Notes: generated by a model not told the origin, from the sequence alone. DNA of 63,625 bases, filler included, from Octopus bimaculoides (GCF_001194135.2; 6 parts of 6 records of this genome joined end to end with filler, not necessarily neighbours in it); one strand, 5' to 3'. Shown: positions 22,320 to 35,350, counted from the first letter of the whole stretch. Program-made: numbers and translations.

Positions 22320-22940
22320 AAACAAATGACATACGAAAATCGTTTATTCATCAAAGTATATCCCGTCATATTTCATTGGCAGTTGCCATTGTACCAGAAT
22401 CTCAAATTCACGCGTATAACATTTGGCTGGTTTAGAAGCAAAATACACCTTGCACCCATTTTTTACATCATTCGCGTTGTCGATCATCTGCCAGTGCAGG
22501 AAATGAGTCAAGGCTTGGAAAAGGTGATAACTTGAAGGTACAAGGTCTCGACTGTTACAATTCGACATCAAAAACGGACATTTCGGGGACTTAGCAGCAG
22601 TTGTTTGCAAATAATCACGTGTTGTTCAACCTGGTCATGAGGAGCAACTTGACAATGTCTTACCACAAGGCCGACTTAATGGAGTTGTAGATTGATGGCG
22701 ACAATGTACGAGTGCTTTTGCGTGACTGTTGTTCAACAACGAATGGTGCTCCTGACGTTAACCTATTATCGAGGCTGATGTCACCTTCCTTGAAGTGTGT
22801 GAACCATTTTTGTGTCACATGCTCGTTGGGCCTTCCTCATCATAATTTTCTTTAAACGCTGCCATTACACTCAGTCTTTTTTCTACAGGTATCGTAAAAT
22901 GGCTCTAATAGCAAGATTTTCATCTCACATTATCAAAGCC
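22320..22940 (-). mobile_element. mariner transposon, internally deleted
   Basis: C-terminus SRDLVPSSYHLFQALTHFL...YFASKP...DGIYFDE (YSPDLAPSDYHLF-like) joined to an N-terminal HTH remnant (HFKEGDISLDNRLTSGAP). Confidence 0.8.
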
Positions 22941-23696
22941 GTAAAATAATTAATGTTTATATATGATATATGAATATAACGAATAAACAATTATTGTTTA
23001 TATGTAATATATGAAAATAAATAGGACAAATGAATATGACATGAAGATACAAGTTGCCCAAAATCATCAGTAAAAATAAAAAAATAAAAAAACTTTCGAC
23101 TCAAACTAATTTATAATTACTCTTTCACAAACAGTTGACTAACAACAGTAGCAGTCTACTAATTATGTCTCATTTGGTAAAAGTTAAAAATTCTCAAAGT
23201 TTTAAACACGTGTTTTTCAGTCTAGTTATGATATTTTACAGAAGCAATACTCTCCCAAGATAGCCACGATACTTTTGACAGTATCTATAAAGGAGAATAA
23301 TAAATCAAACCGACAAATACAGATATACTGATAACGAAGGCATGTGCTCGAATATATATCTATATACACACAAATATAGTGCTTCAGATAGATACCTACA
23401 TACTGACATTACCTTCATACCTTCACATGAATGCATGCATACGTACATTCATCCATACACGCACATATGCATACTTACATCCATCTTTACATACGTACAT
23501 ACATACACACACGCATACATGTCTACGTACATAAATTATATATAACGAAATTCGTAGAAAAGATAATCCAGATTAGATAAATAAAAGACTCTATAGGGAT
23601 GCGAGTGATGCAACTTCTCAGTTTTTCGAAAGAATACTGGTGACTGTCACTGTTGAGACTTCCGCAAAGCAACACACAGGATCTGAAAGAGAGAGG

Positions 23697-23770
<74 letters not shown>

Positions 23771-24234
23771 AACTGAGAAAGAGAAAAAATTGAGAGAGAG
23801 AGAAAGAAAGGGAGGAGAAATTGTGCAGTTTAGTTGAAATTGTTTGTCCAGTATATGTCAACGTAATATTAAATTTTAGTGAGAAAGAGAACATCTATGT
23901 CGAACTGCCGACTGTAAATTCATATTTTTACTATTAAATTTGGAGACCTTAGCCCTGTGACTAACAGCCATGCTACTATTTTTGAGAAGCTGGGAGCCAC
24001 AAACCCAGAAACAATGCAGTTGTTCAGAAGTTTTCAGCTCAAAGCCATCAAAGGTGCTGTGAAATTATATAAGGCATTCATGAAGTTCAACAAGTAATTC
24101 GATCCATATCTGAAATGACATTCATGACTGTGTCATTGCGTACATCTTCACAAACATAAAAAGAGAAGAATGGACAAAATAATGGTAACAACGTGTCCAA
24201 TGGAAGTCATGTTAATTAATACGTTGTTGCTCCA

Positions 24235-25190
24235 TCTTTGGCATCAATCCCAGCTTTAATACGCCGGGGAATTGTCTCGTAGAAATTTTGACTGCTGGTA
24301 GGGAAATTATAAGCCATGCTTTAAATAAAACCTATAAATCTTTCAGCGACGATGACAGAGAAAAGTGTATCTTCAACTGCTGCTCCAAAACGCTCCTTAA
24401 AATCTCGATTACATTGAGATCTGGTGACTGCGTGGGCCAATCAAGGTTATCTACTTCATTTTTGTGTTCATGTAATAATGCTAACCATGTGAATCGGATT
24501 ATGAACCCCCTGCTGAAAGACTGTGCAACAATCAAGGAACAGTGGTTGCATCGTTAAAGAGGATGCGCCAAAATACTCAGATAATCTTTGCTATAGCAAA
24601 AACTAAAAGCTCAAGAGAATTCTGTGAAATGACTGCCGAAACAATCGCAGAACCATCTCCATGTTTCACGATAGGCGCCGAACAGTCAATGCTGAAGATT
24701 TCTTTAGGTTGTCTCCAGACATAAACTTGCCTGTATGTGGGGGAAATGCTGAATGATGATTCATAAGAGACGATGCCGTGCCTCTGTTTAACCATTGAAC
24801 ACTTCTGATAGTCTAGACATCCTTTTTCCGCTTATTATTGTTGATGAAGAACAGATGTTCAAAAAGTGCAGCCTTCTCATGGTATTTTAGTCGTTGCAGC
24901 ACACGACGGTCGCTTTTCGTTGACGCAGATTTTATAAAGTGGTTGTTCATTTCTGCTGTCATTTTTGCTGCTTTGTTCAGAGGATTTTACAGACAACACG
25001 TTTCAATATCCTGCTGTCCGACTCTGTGGGATTTGTTTTCCGTTCAGAAATATACATCCAGATCTGGTTTCACCATGGATTTGAAATGCCAGCATGAGTT
25101 TAGAAAATATACCTCTTGAAATATTGGACAATTCAGCAGTTTCAGGGACTGAAGCTGCAGCTATCCGCGGTCCAATAATTTGTTATCTCA
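24235..25190 (-). mobile_element. Tc1-family transposase remnant
   Basis: QVYVWRQPKE...PIVKHGDGSAIV; LDWPTQSPDLNVIE (WPxQSPDLNPIE motif). Confidence 0.85.
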
Positions 25191-25470
25191 TTTTCATCTT
25201 CGCCGATTTATCCCGGAGGTGGGAGCATGGGGCAGAGTCCTCAAGCACGCCTTCCATCGGATCCTGACAGAAGCAACCATCTCCAATAGATCAGACTCGA
25301 TCCCGAAGCGAGGCCAACTGTACTCATACATGTTTTCCAACGAACTTACACGTGGCCTACGCCTAGGTCTCCTGCCAGGTGGTTTTCCACGTGAAACCTG
25401 TCCAGCGATTCTTTCTCTAGACGTTCTTACCAACAGTCTGTCCTCTTTGCAAATCAGATAGGTCACGTAT
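25190..25470 (-). mobile_element. RTE LINE 3' fragment abutting the Tc1 remnant
   Basis: GKPPGRRPRRRPRVSSLENM...WPRFGI, typical of an RTE ORF C-terminus. Confidence 0.65.
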
Positions 25471-25634
25471 TCTATCTTATTTAAATACGAATATCCACAA
25501 AATGAAAAACAGATTACTTTATCATGAAGTACAAGCATACATATTGCATATGAACAAACATGTGTACAGGCAAAAACTGGTTTCAATTTGTCGAATTAAT
25601 TAAATTTGAAGTGCTTTCTATTATCTAGTTCAAC

Positions 25635-25905
25635 CCCCCAGGCGTTTTGAGACTTTTTTCAGTAGAGACATTAATTTCAAAGAAGCACAAAGCTCTAATC
25701 TCCTTCAAAGTACGATCCTCTGGCTTCAAATGCACTTATTATTGTAGCGATCCCGCCACTTCGTGATGGCCGCAGGTAAGTCTTCCAAAGTAGAAGTATC
25801 CAGAACCATTGTCACAGCTGTTCCATCTCCCTCAGCTCCGAAAACAAGCAGAAATCAGGGGGACCAAGGTCGTCTGGGCTGTAGGGAGGTTGAAGGACAG
25901 TTTTA
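25635..25905 (-). mobile_element. mariner 3' fragment, same family as 53495-54100
   Basis: PPYSPD-like motif, VLDTSTLEDL..AITKWRDRYNKCI...GSYFEGD, and subterminal tctct(a/c)ctgaaaa..gtctcaaaac shared with the 54 kb copy. Confidence 0.7.
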
Positions 25906-27129
25906 CTCTATCAAGTAGTTGGTTCAATAAATTTCTCCCACGGTTTGAAAGTTTCAGGTAGAAATTGAAACATAAGTTCTATAACTGGCATTTCTGAAAC
26001 AGTGCTGAGTAAAGAAAACTGTAGAAATCTTCTTAGTTCTGATTGATGACCTTTTTGACAATAATTGTTCTGCATCTAAAAATGATTGTTAATAGCATCT
26101 TCTCGGAAGTGATATTATCAAAGACATATCATAAGATAAAAAAACTTTTAAAATTGTCTTTCAATTAAAGATAAGATCATCTCTATGATCAAATAAATAA
26201 GATGACAGAAACTAAAAGCGTTTTGCATACGGAGTTGTAGCCGCTGTAGGTCATTGACAGCAATATGTTTTTTTTAAAGTGAACGTTATTTTGAAGAAAC
26301 CAAATCATGATCGCTGATGGCTGACGCCACAGGTTGTATATAATCAGAAAATGTGTGAAAATGCAAAAGCGTATGACCTGAATTGTATAGTTGCTCTTTC
26401 ACAAACTGTTGACTGACACTAGCTGCATAATGCTGCAGACGTTGCAACGTGTAAATGATGAAAATATTCTCTAAACATTGAACATTTAAACGCGTAGTTT
26501 ACTTTTTATGTTTGTGTGTGTGCGCGCGCGCGCGTGTGCATTGTACATATGCATACAAGCATAATAAATAAAGTGTACAACTGCAAATATACTGATAATG
26601 CAAACATATTGCCATATTTAAGCAAATATAATGACAGAGATATATTTCCGTTCCCGTATAAGGCGTTGAATCTATGATACCTACACAAATACTCAATACA
26701 AGGTATATACATTCGTAGAAATTATCTCCGCATTTACGTATACAGAGAGACAAATGTTTTCGCATAGAGAAGCAGACACATACATATGTACATTCAGGTA
26801 CCATTGCAAGCAAATACCGTAACGTTTACACATATTTAAATATAGATATTTACTCATAGGTAGAAAGGAACGGATATGCATATACATATTTTTATATCTA
26901 TTTGCATATATATATATATATATATATATANNNNNNNNNNNNNNNNNNNNNNNNNNNNNNNNNNNNNNNNNNNNTTAATTAATTAANNNNNNNNNNNNNN
27001 NNNNNNNNNNNNNNNNNNNNNNNNNNNNNNTTCTCAAAGCTACAAGATAATGCATGATTAATTCAAAGCAACATAAATAAATAAGCATTATATTTGACTG
27101 AGTAATCTGAATGCTAAAGAAGTTAAAAT

Positions 27130-27340
27130 GGTGAGCTGGCAGAACTATAAGCATGTCGGACAAAATGTTTTGTGGCACTTTGCCTGTCTTCATATTCTGA
27201 ATTCAAATTCTTCTGAGGTTTTGATTATGCCTTTCATCTTTACAAGATCAATGAAATAAATCACCAGTTGAGCACCGAGGGTAATGTAATCAATTAGCCC
27301 CACTCCTTCAAAATTTTGAGCCTTTTAGCTATAGCGGAAA
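27130..27340 (+). mobile_element. SINE, family B (degenerate)
   Basis: ggtgagctggcagaact...gaattcaaattc...gcctttcatc. Confidence 0.65.
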
Positions 27341-27722
27341 GGCCTATTTTTGTTCCACAATAACTTCAAATTCAATGATCTATCTTTTACTTATTTCAGT
27401 CATTTGACTGCAGCCATGCTGGGGCACCAACTTGAAGGGCTTTAGTCAAACAAATTGACCTCAGGACTTAGTAAAATAAAAAGAGCAGATATCTTCACTT
27501 GAGTGGGTTGCATTGCTTACACACATGACAGTAATATTGGGTACAAATACCTTTACATGGAATCTTGATATTCAATATTCAAATGATATTGTTGGGGTAT
27601 GCAGATTATACCAAACTAGCAAGGTGCCTTAATTTAAGTACCTAATTCAACTGAATCTTAATTATATTTGGAGAGATAGATAAATTGATAATATATAATA
27701 CATCTCTCTCTCTTTCTCTCTC

Positions 27723-27758
27723 TACGTCAGCTAGTATATATATATACTAGCTGACGTA
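27723..27758. repeat. Perfect 36-bp palindrome
   Basis: TACGTCAGCTAGTATATATATATACTAGCTGACGTA equals its own reverse complement. Confidence 0.95.
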
Positions 27759-28600
27759 CCCAATAATTCCTGGGAAAGCGGGGCTTATCCCTTGGGTTCA
27801 TTCACATAAATGTTTCATTAATCCAATAACAATTCAAAGTATGTAGCCCTCCAAACGGTTTTTGTGCATTTCCAGAGAGTACTGAACTGTCTTACAGAGG
27901 ATCTTGTTTTTAGGAATTCCCAATAAGTTATGAATGCCCAAATTGTGAAGTCAGTTATGTAATAACATGAAATTAGTTACCCGATAGTAAGAATTCAAAT
28001 AAAGTGACCCCAAAAAGGGCTTTAATACACTCTCAGAGTATATAGAACTTAGGAGGAAATGCTAATAAGGTATATATATTAAAATCGTGAAGCACGTTAC
28101 ATGATAACGAGCTAATCAGATATGAGATAATAGCAATTCAAAGTAAATAACTCTCAAAAAAGGGCTTTTTTTCATTCCCAGAGAATATCACCCTCAGGGC
28201 GCTAGTGTTGGTATATTCGTGAATAAGACACTAACCAAAATAAGTGGATCTATTGTTTAGGAAAATACAATTTACTTGTTTGACAGTTGTACTGGATAAA
28301 TTGTGAAAATAACTCTAACAGTTCAAATACTAAGAAATAAGCATACTCAATTTCATTTTTACGAAATAATTTAGGAAAATGAATGAGTTATTTCCCTTGG
28401 TTTTTAAAATAAAATATATTAGATATATATAAAGATTCCTTGCAGGGGCCATATTATCGACTTTTCCAACAATCTGAGTATGCCATGAGGTTTCCAGATA
28501 CATGTCAAGTTTCATCAAAATCGATAAAACAATGTTGGAGGAGTTAGCTAACAACTCCACAAACACACCCAGACAGAATTTCCCACATATGTAGTATATA
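27745..28600. mobile_element. Non-autonomous Helitron/HINE-like element with ~150-bp internal sub-repeats
   Basis: ACTAGCTGAC at one end and aagtttcatcaaaatcg...acaaacacacccagacagaatttc at the other, resembling known invertebrate Helitron-like non-autonomous repeats. Three diverged caattcaaa...aaaaagggc...cagag units near 27826, 27990 and 28130. Confidence 0.5.
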
Positions 28601-28675
28601 TATATATATATATATTTGTACACATACATATATACATATACATATGCATGTATGTATATATATGTATATATATAC

Positions 28676-28728
28676 ATCTGGTCACCCAGATAGCGGAAGC
28701 TATCAACTACCTCTAGTTTATCTCCCTG
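28676..28728 (-). mobile_element. RTE LINE micro-fragment
   Basis: QGDKLEVVDSFRYLGDQ, nearly identical to the RTE at 8180-8240. Confidence 0.75.
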
Positions 28729-29075
28729 NNNNNNNNNNNNNNNNNNNNNNNNNNNNNNNNNNNNNNNNNNNNNNNNNNNNNNNNNNNNNNNNNNNNNNNN
28801 NNNNNNNNNNNNNNNNNNNNNNNNNNNNATTTGTTTCTTCCATGCAAGATGAATTCCTGCTGAGGGCACGATTTGAATTTTAACAATATAAAAGAGAGAT
28901 CTCGCCGTTGTTGTCTTTAAACTCTGGTGATATAATGTCATCAATTGTGCATGCGAGCAAATTTTTTCTTTTTTACCATTCTCTGATATGCTCGTGATAT
29001 AATATCAATTCAAATATTTGCTACTTAATAATAAATCTCATCTTTAAGTCATAGACGTTCGTGCCTGTACATGTA

Positions 29076-29704
29076 CAGGGGGTCCCAAGACGAATTACGT
29101 GATTTACGCTGCCAGAAGCCAGCTTTACTCATGGTGTGGGCCGCAGTTGCATCTGGTGGGTCCTAGTCTCCCTTGATTTTCATCGATGCTGGCGTCAAGG
29201 TCTACAGTGAAGTTTATTTGGAAACGTTGGGTTACTCTGGATCACAAAAACCTTTGGTGACCGTTACATCTTTACTCAAGACGGGGCTCCGGCCCACACA
29301 TACAGTTTGATAAAGAGTTGGTGCAAAGAGCATTTCAGCAGCCTTTGGGACAAGACGATATGGCCTCCCTCAAGTCTAGACATCAATCCCATGGTCTTTG
29401 CTATCTGATCCATCTTAGAGAATAATGTTTCTGTTCGTTCCTATTCAAATGTGTCAGATCTGAAGAAAGCCCTTTTGTCTTCATGGGTCAAGTTGGATAC
29501 AGAGATGATACGGTGCTCATGCAACTCAGTGACCACTCGTTTGCAGGCTGTGATCAAGGCGAAAGGTGGTCATTTTGAAATGTAATTACTGCAATGGATT
29601 GACAATTTACATTAGAATGTGTGTGCCAAATTTCCTTATCCTACCTTAAATTTATTTTGAATAATTAAGAAATATCAATGGGTAAACCTTTCTGGGACAC
29701 CCTG
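29076..29704 (+). mobile_element. DD37D (maT-type) Tc1/mariner deletion derivative with both TIRs and TA TSDs
   Basis: TA|CAGGGGGTCCCAAGA ... TCTGGGACACCCTG|TA. Interior LMVWAAV, FTQDGAPAH, WPPSSLDINPMV with 37 residues from the second D to the (mutated) third position, ending AKGGHFEM*. Confidence 0.85.
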
Positions 29705-30341
29705 TATGTTACCTACAAGGACCTCTTCTTGAAATTCTTTTCAATCGGAATTCTAAGCGGAAACGACGAAGTGAACCAAGGGGTAGAAACAGTGCACATA
29801 TGTTATAGTGTCTTGTGTTTGTGCGAGCATGTTTTGGGATTCCCAGTAAAACTTAATGGTAGAATGTAAAGTTAATCAAGCTCTGTTTCAATAACGCNNN
29901 NNNNNNNNNNNNNNNNNNNNNNNNNNNNNNNNNNNNNNNNNNNNNNNNNNNNNNNNNNNNNNNNNNNNNNNNNNNNNNNNNNNNNNNNNNNNNNNNNNNN
30001 NNNNNNNNNNNNNNNNNNNNNNNNNNNNNNNNNNNNNNNNNNNNNNNNNNNNNNNNNNNNNNNNNNNNNNNNNNNNNNNNNNNNNNNNNNNNNNNNNNNN
30101 NNNNNNNNNNNNNNNNNNNNNNNNNNNNNNNNNNNNNNNNNNNNNNNNNNNNNNNNNNNNNNNNNNNNNNNNNNNNNNNNNNNNNNNNNNNNNNNNNNNN
30201 NNNNNNNNNNNNNNNNNNNNNNNNNNNNNNNNNNNNNNNNNNNNNNNNNNNNNNNNNNNNNNNNNNNNNNNNNNNNNNNNNNNNNNNNNNNNNNNNNNNN
30301 NNNNNNNNNNNNNNNNNNNNNNNNNNNNNNNNNNNNNNNNN

Positions 30342-30810
30342 ACATCGACACTCACAAATACCCCAGAATTTCAAAGAAGATATACGTCCAATCTATGAGG
30401 AAGGAAGTGGAGCAGATGCTAAAAATTACAGGCCCATCTCTCTGATTTCATATATCAACTATGTCAATGAAATTCATTACCAACCCAGAGGGAAATGGGC
30501 TGCAAAATGAGAGGGAAATGGGCTGCAAAATGAGAGGGAAATGGGCTGCAAAATGAAACTCAGCATGGTTTCCGCCCGTGCAGACGCAGCCTCACATAGT
30601 TTGCGCAGCATCACAACAGGATACTGATGCAGCTGCAGAATCTGTAAGACATCTCAATTTTTACGAAAGTCTTCTACGAAGCTGATGATAGAATGTTGAG
30701 TTATAAGCTCCTTCGTTTAAGCATAGCTGTTAAATAAATAAATAAAAGGAGAATGGGTGGGTCTCCTTTTTCGAAATGAAGTTACTCAGGGAACAACTCT
30801 TTCAGACATG
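30342..30810 (+). mobile_element. CR1/L2-like LINE RT fragment
   Basis: GSGADAKNYRPISLIS, QHGFRPCR, EVTQGT. Includes a 22-bp unit x3 (gagggaaatgggctgcaaaatga) at ~30489-30556. Confidence 0.65.
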
Positions 30811-30869
30811 CCCTCACTTTTACAAACAGCTACAGTAGCCCCGCCAGCCCTGCTGATGGTCTTGTCTTT

Positions 30870-31268
30870 CTAGTTTCAGTTATTGGGCTGCGGCCATACT
30901 AGGGCACCGTCTTGAAGTGCTTTAGCCGAACAAATCGATCCCAGTACTTATTTTTTGAAAGTCTGGTACTTATTTAATCAGTTTCCTATCGAACCGCTAA
31001 GTTACGGATACGTAAACTTACAGACACCAGTTGACAGGTGATGTAGGGTGACTGATACAAACACATTCATACAGATATATTCTCTCACACACACACACGT
31101 GTGTGTGTGTGTGTGTGTGGTTTCTTTATCACCTGCTGAATCCACTCACAAGGCTTCGGTCCGCCCCGGTTTATAGTAGAGGACACTTGCTCAAGGTACT
31201 CCGAAATGGGAGTGAAATCGAAATCTTGTGATTGGGAAGCAAGCTTCTTATCACAGTCATGCCTGCAC
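30870..31268 (-). mobile_element. SINE, family A (degenerate, full span)
   Basis: Reverse complement of head, central (CA)n and tail of 41319-41740. Confidence 0.75.
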
Positions 31269-31399
31269 TTACGAATATATATATATATATATATATATAT
31301 CAATATACAAAGAATATGTATGCATGTATACACACATATATGTACATACTTACATCTGCATATGTATATAGATGCATATCAGGGTACAGGACGTTAGAG

Positions 31400-32083
31400 G
31401 AAAGAACTACAGACAACATAGGAACACATAGGAAAACAGATAACCACTTGGAATTAATCCTTCGTCAGCTGCCTCTATTCTAACTAGACGTTTCGAAGAT
31501 AAGGCAGAACGTACTCTAGAATAGTCTCTTCCTGAGTAGTGGATCGACCCACTAAACAGAGGATTCCAAGGTGGCGAACACAAACCAAGACAGGAAAAAA
31601 TGGACAGTGAAAACAACATTAAAAAGCCGTAGGGCCAAACGCGAATCTGATGTTGAACGCTTGTGATATGACGAAGCTGGACGGAGAAAAAACAGTTCGT
31701 CTCGCCTTCATAGTGGCTGGAGTGAAAAGAGAGAGTTAACCACAGGTCACACGTGAGCAGAGAGGATGGTAGAAGGAGGAAGTGGAACAAGGAGGAAGAG
31801 AGAGATGTGTATAGCAATGAAGTAGAAGCCAGGACAACAGAAGGAAGCAGAGCGAGAAGGGGAGATGGGTAAGAAGAAAGATAGATAGGTAGATAGATAG
31901 AGGGATAGATAACTAGATAGATAGAGAAAGATAGATAGATAGATAGAGGGGGAGAATTCACAAAAAAAAAACAACAAAAAAACAAAAGGCGAAGATAGGT
32001 CGTGTAGACAACAAACAGATGTATTAGTTTAACGCTCGGATAGTGAAAAGTCTTTAACGTTTCGAGCCTACGCTCTTCGACGC
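31400..32083 (-). mobile_element. Penelope-like element terminal (pLTR-like) fragments with hammerhead-like motifs
   Basis: Minus strand GTCGA-A-GAGC-gtag-GCTC-GAAACGTTA at 32051-32083, and separated CTGACGA-AGGA-ttaat-TCC and GAAACGTC near 31451-31495. These resemble the minimal hammerheads described in PLEs. Confidence 0.5.
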
Positions 32084-34279
32084 CAACAACTCCAGAAAGA
32101 ATTCACTGCAATATAAAATGGGTTGACAAAACTAACATCTATTTTTATGTATGTAAATGTTTGAAGAATTTCTAATCAAATTGCCAAGTGATCCGAATAC
32201 TGGCAACAAAATGAACACCGCTAAAGCCAACCACAAGTCAGACGGTGCAAGCGAGGGATTGAGTCTACCGTTCAAAGGTAGGCAAACTCTAACCGTCCAC
32301 GTTCNNNNNNNNNNNNNNNNNNNNNNNNNNNNNNNNNNNNNNNNNNNNNNNNNNNNNNNNNNNNNNNNNNNNNNNNNNNNNNNNNNNNNNNNNNNNNNNN
32401 NNNNNNNNNNNNNNNNNNNNNNNNNNNNNNNNNNNNNNNNNNNNNNNNNNNNNNNNNNNNNNNNNNNNNNNNNNNNNNNNNNNNNNNNNNNNNNNNNNNN
32501 NNNNNNNNNNNNNNNNNNNNNNNNNNNNNNNNNNNNNNNNNNNNNNNNNNNNNNNNNNNNNNNNNNNNNNNNNNNNNNNNNNNNNNNNNNNNNNNNNNNN
32601 NNNNNNNNNNNNNNNNNNNNNNNNNNNNNNNNNNNNNNNNNNNNNNNNNNNNNNNNNNNNNNNNNNNNNNNNNNNNNNNNNNNNNNNNNNNNNNNNNNNN
32701 NNNNNNNNNNNNNNNNNNNNNNNNNNNNNNNNNNNNNNNNNNNNNNNNNNNNNNNNNNNNNNNNNNNNNNNNNNNNNNNNNNNNNNNNNNNNNNNNNNNN
32801 NNNNNNNNNNNNNNNNNNNNNNNNNNNNNNNNNNNNNNNNNNNNNNNNNNNNNNNNNNNNNNNNNNNNNNNNNNNNNNNNNNNNNNNNNNNNNNNNNNNN
32901 NNNNNNNNNNNNNNNNNNNNNNNNNNNNNNNNNNNNNNNNNNNNNNNNNNNNNNNNNNNNNNNNNNNNNNNNNNNNNNNNNNNNNNNNNNNNNNNNNNNN
33001 NNNNNNNNNNNNNNNNNNNNNNNCCCCAAAAGAAAACATAGAAGCATTATTTGGCTGATGAAAATGTCAAAGAAATTAGAAAAGTATGGAAATTTTGAAG
33101 CTTTTTTCCCCCTCCAGTGAAAAGAAAACAATCCTAAACATAGGAAACAAAACCCATCAACATGCAGTTTCTTACTTTTCCAAAAGGCATAATCTGCATA
33201 AAATAGAATCAAGTGAAACTTTCCATATATTTAAAATTAAATGTTGAGATCCCATAATTTTAACTTCTGAACCAAGTTTCAGTATTTTATCCAAGGAAGT
33301 TAACGTCAATAAATACGTAAATAAAACCTTGAAAAGGCAGTAATTGGTCATGTCAGATTTAAGTTAGAAATGTTGAAAATTATTTGGGCGATTGGTGTTA
33401 AAATCAGTAGATCGTTGGATAATGCCTTGCGATATTTGTTACTTTATGTTGCGATTTCATATCATTCTGGTGTTGTCTTTACTCTCTTCATTCTATCGAG
33501 ATAAATAAAATAAATTCCAGTGATCTTCTTCGAGTATGGCATGTTGTCAACGAGAAAAGATGTGTATGTGTGGGAATATCGCGACAACTATCCAAGAGCA
33601 TTGTGGCCAAAACAGCTAAAAGGAGAAAGAAAACCATAACACCAGGTTCATGGGACACAGACGGCAGGGACACAAATCAAGAACGATCTTCAAATCTCAT
33701 CATCAGCACTAATGGCCCCGAAAGTGGTGCACAGACTAATAAAAATGGCTTTTCCTTTTAGCATAACGTCTTGCAAGACCCCCAAGCGACAGTTTCATCC
33801 CATCGTCTTGTGAATTTGTGGACAAGTGGCCTAAAGAGGTGAACCAATCCTCAAGGTCATGGAGTTGAAGACACCACTACACAGAAAGACCGCTCTTCCG
33901 AATCCGCCACCAGTGCTGTATCAATAGCAAACAACAACTGACTCATCTGCCATTTCTCTTCATTTTTTTCCCATTTGGGCTCCTCTACCAAAAGTTCTGG
34001 CATTTACCTTTCTCATCTCACTATCCATATATAAATTAAACAGCCACGGAGACATCACACAACCCTGTCTTAACCCCACCTTCACATCAAATCACTCACT
34101 TACTTCACCACACGCCCTACTTTCGCTATGAAACCTTTGAACAGCTCTGATTGGTCAGATCTTTTCGATGACGTGGGTAATATTCTAGCGAATCATGACA
34201 TGACATAGTGATCTGATTGCTAAATGTTCCCGCTACATCCATATATATAATATGAGGACAGAGTAATCAAATTCCGTTA

Positions 34280-34625
34280 ACTAGAATTTTTAGCCGAATG
34301 CTTTGATCCCAGTACTTATCTTTTTGTTAAGTCTGGTTCTTATTATATCGTTCTCTTTTGCCGAACCGCTAGGTTACTGGAACGTAAACACATCAGCACC
34401 GGTTGTCAAGCAGTGGTGGGAGGACAAACACAGACACTAAGACACACACGTATACATATAAGCGACGGGCTTCTTTCAGTTTCTGTCTCCCAAATCCACT
34501 CACAAGGCTTTGGTTGGCATGAGGTCGTAGTAGAAGTCACTTGCTCAAGGTGCCGTGCAGTGGGACTGAACTTGGTACCATGTGGTTGGGAAGCAAGCTT
34601 GTTATCACACAGCCACGCCTGCGCG
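34280..34625 (-). mobile_element. SINE, family A
   Basis: Reverse complement similarity to 41319-41740. Confidence 0.85.
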
Positions 34626-34899
34626 AACATTTTTAATAAAGAATCTCATCGCTCGGCTGTATTATCAAGGTACTGTCTATTTTGATATGAGCTCTACATG
34701 GTTGGCGAGGTATGTGAGAGGCACAAAAGAACTCTCTGGTGCCTGCGTATCTATCTGTGAGCACGTCAAACAGCCAATGACAATGAGAGAAATTTAGATG
34801 TGAGTTTAATTATTTTTCAGTAATTTCGCACAAACTTCAGCAAGGATTTTCACAAAAAATTTTCTGACGGATTCTAACTTATTTTTATTTGCATACTGA

Positions 34900-35350
34900 T
34901 GGGTACTAATTCATTTCAGTGTTTGAAACATAGATGTCACCTATAATTTCTCCCATGGAGCGCCGGGTATCCCTGAACAGACTTAAAGAGGTCTAACGTA
35001 ATGCTGCATGATATATCACAAACTTCACCCTCCTCATTTCTCTTTGAAACATTTCAGTATGGAAAGTTCCAATCCGTTATAAGAAATTAAAACGCACACC
35101 TTGCTTGAAGCTCTAGTCGTCATTCACACGTAATCAGAATCATTAGCTCTTAAAACGCGACCAGGGTCAGGAAAAAGTTGGAGATTTTGGGCCACGGATG
35201 ACATGACGGAAGTAAGAAAGATTTTCGCCAGTTAGACGTCGTCAGGACAGCGTTGTTCGTCCAGCAGATCCAGGATATCATCAATGACAACCCCGGCGGA
35301 GCACAAGCCCATCGTGGGGTGCTTCAGAATAATCTGGATGGGTACTAATT
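34900..35350 (+). mobile_element. Tc1/mariner 5' remnant
   Basis: DVVRTALFVQQIQDIINDNPG resembles the second HTH region of maT/mariner transposases. Confidence 0.4.

Noticed and set aside
33480-33960. More GC-balanced stretch with short ORFs
   Set aside because: Probably a decayed retroelement, but no motif could be assigned.
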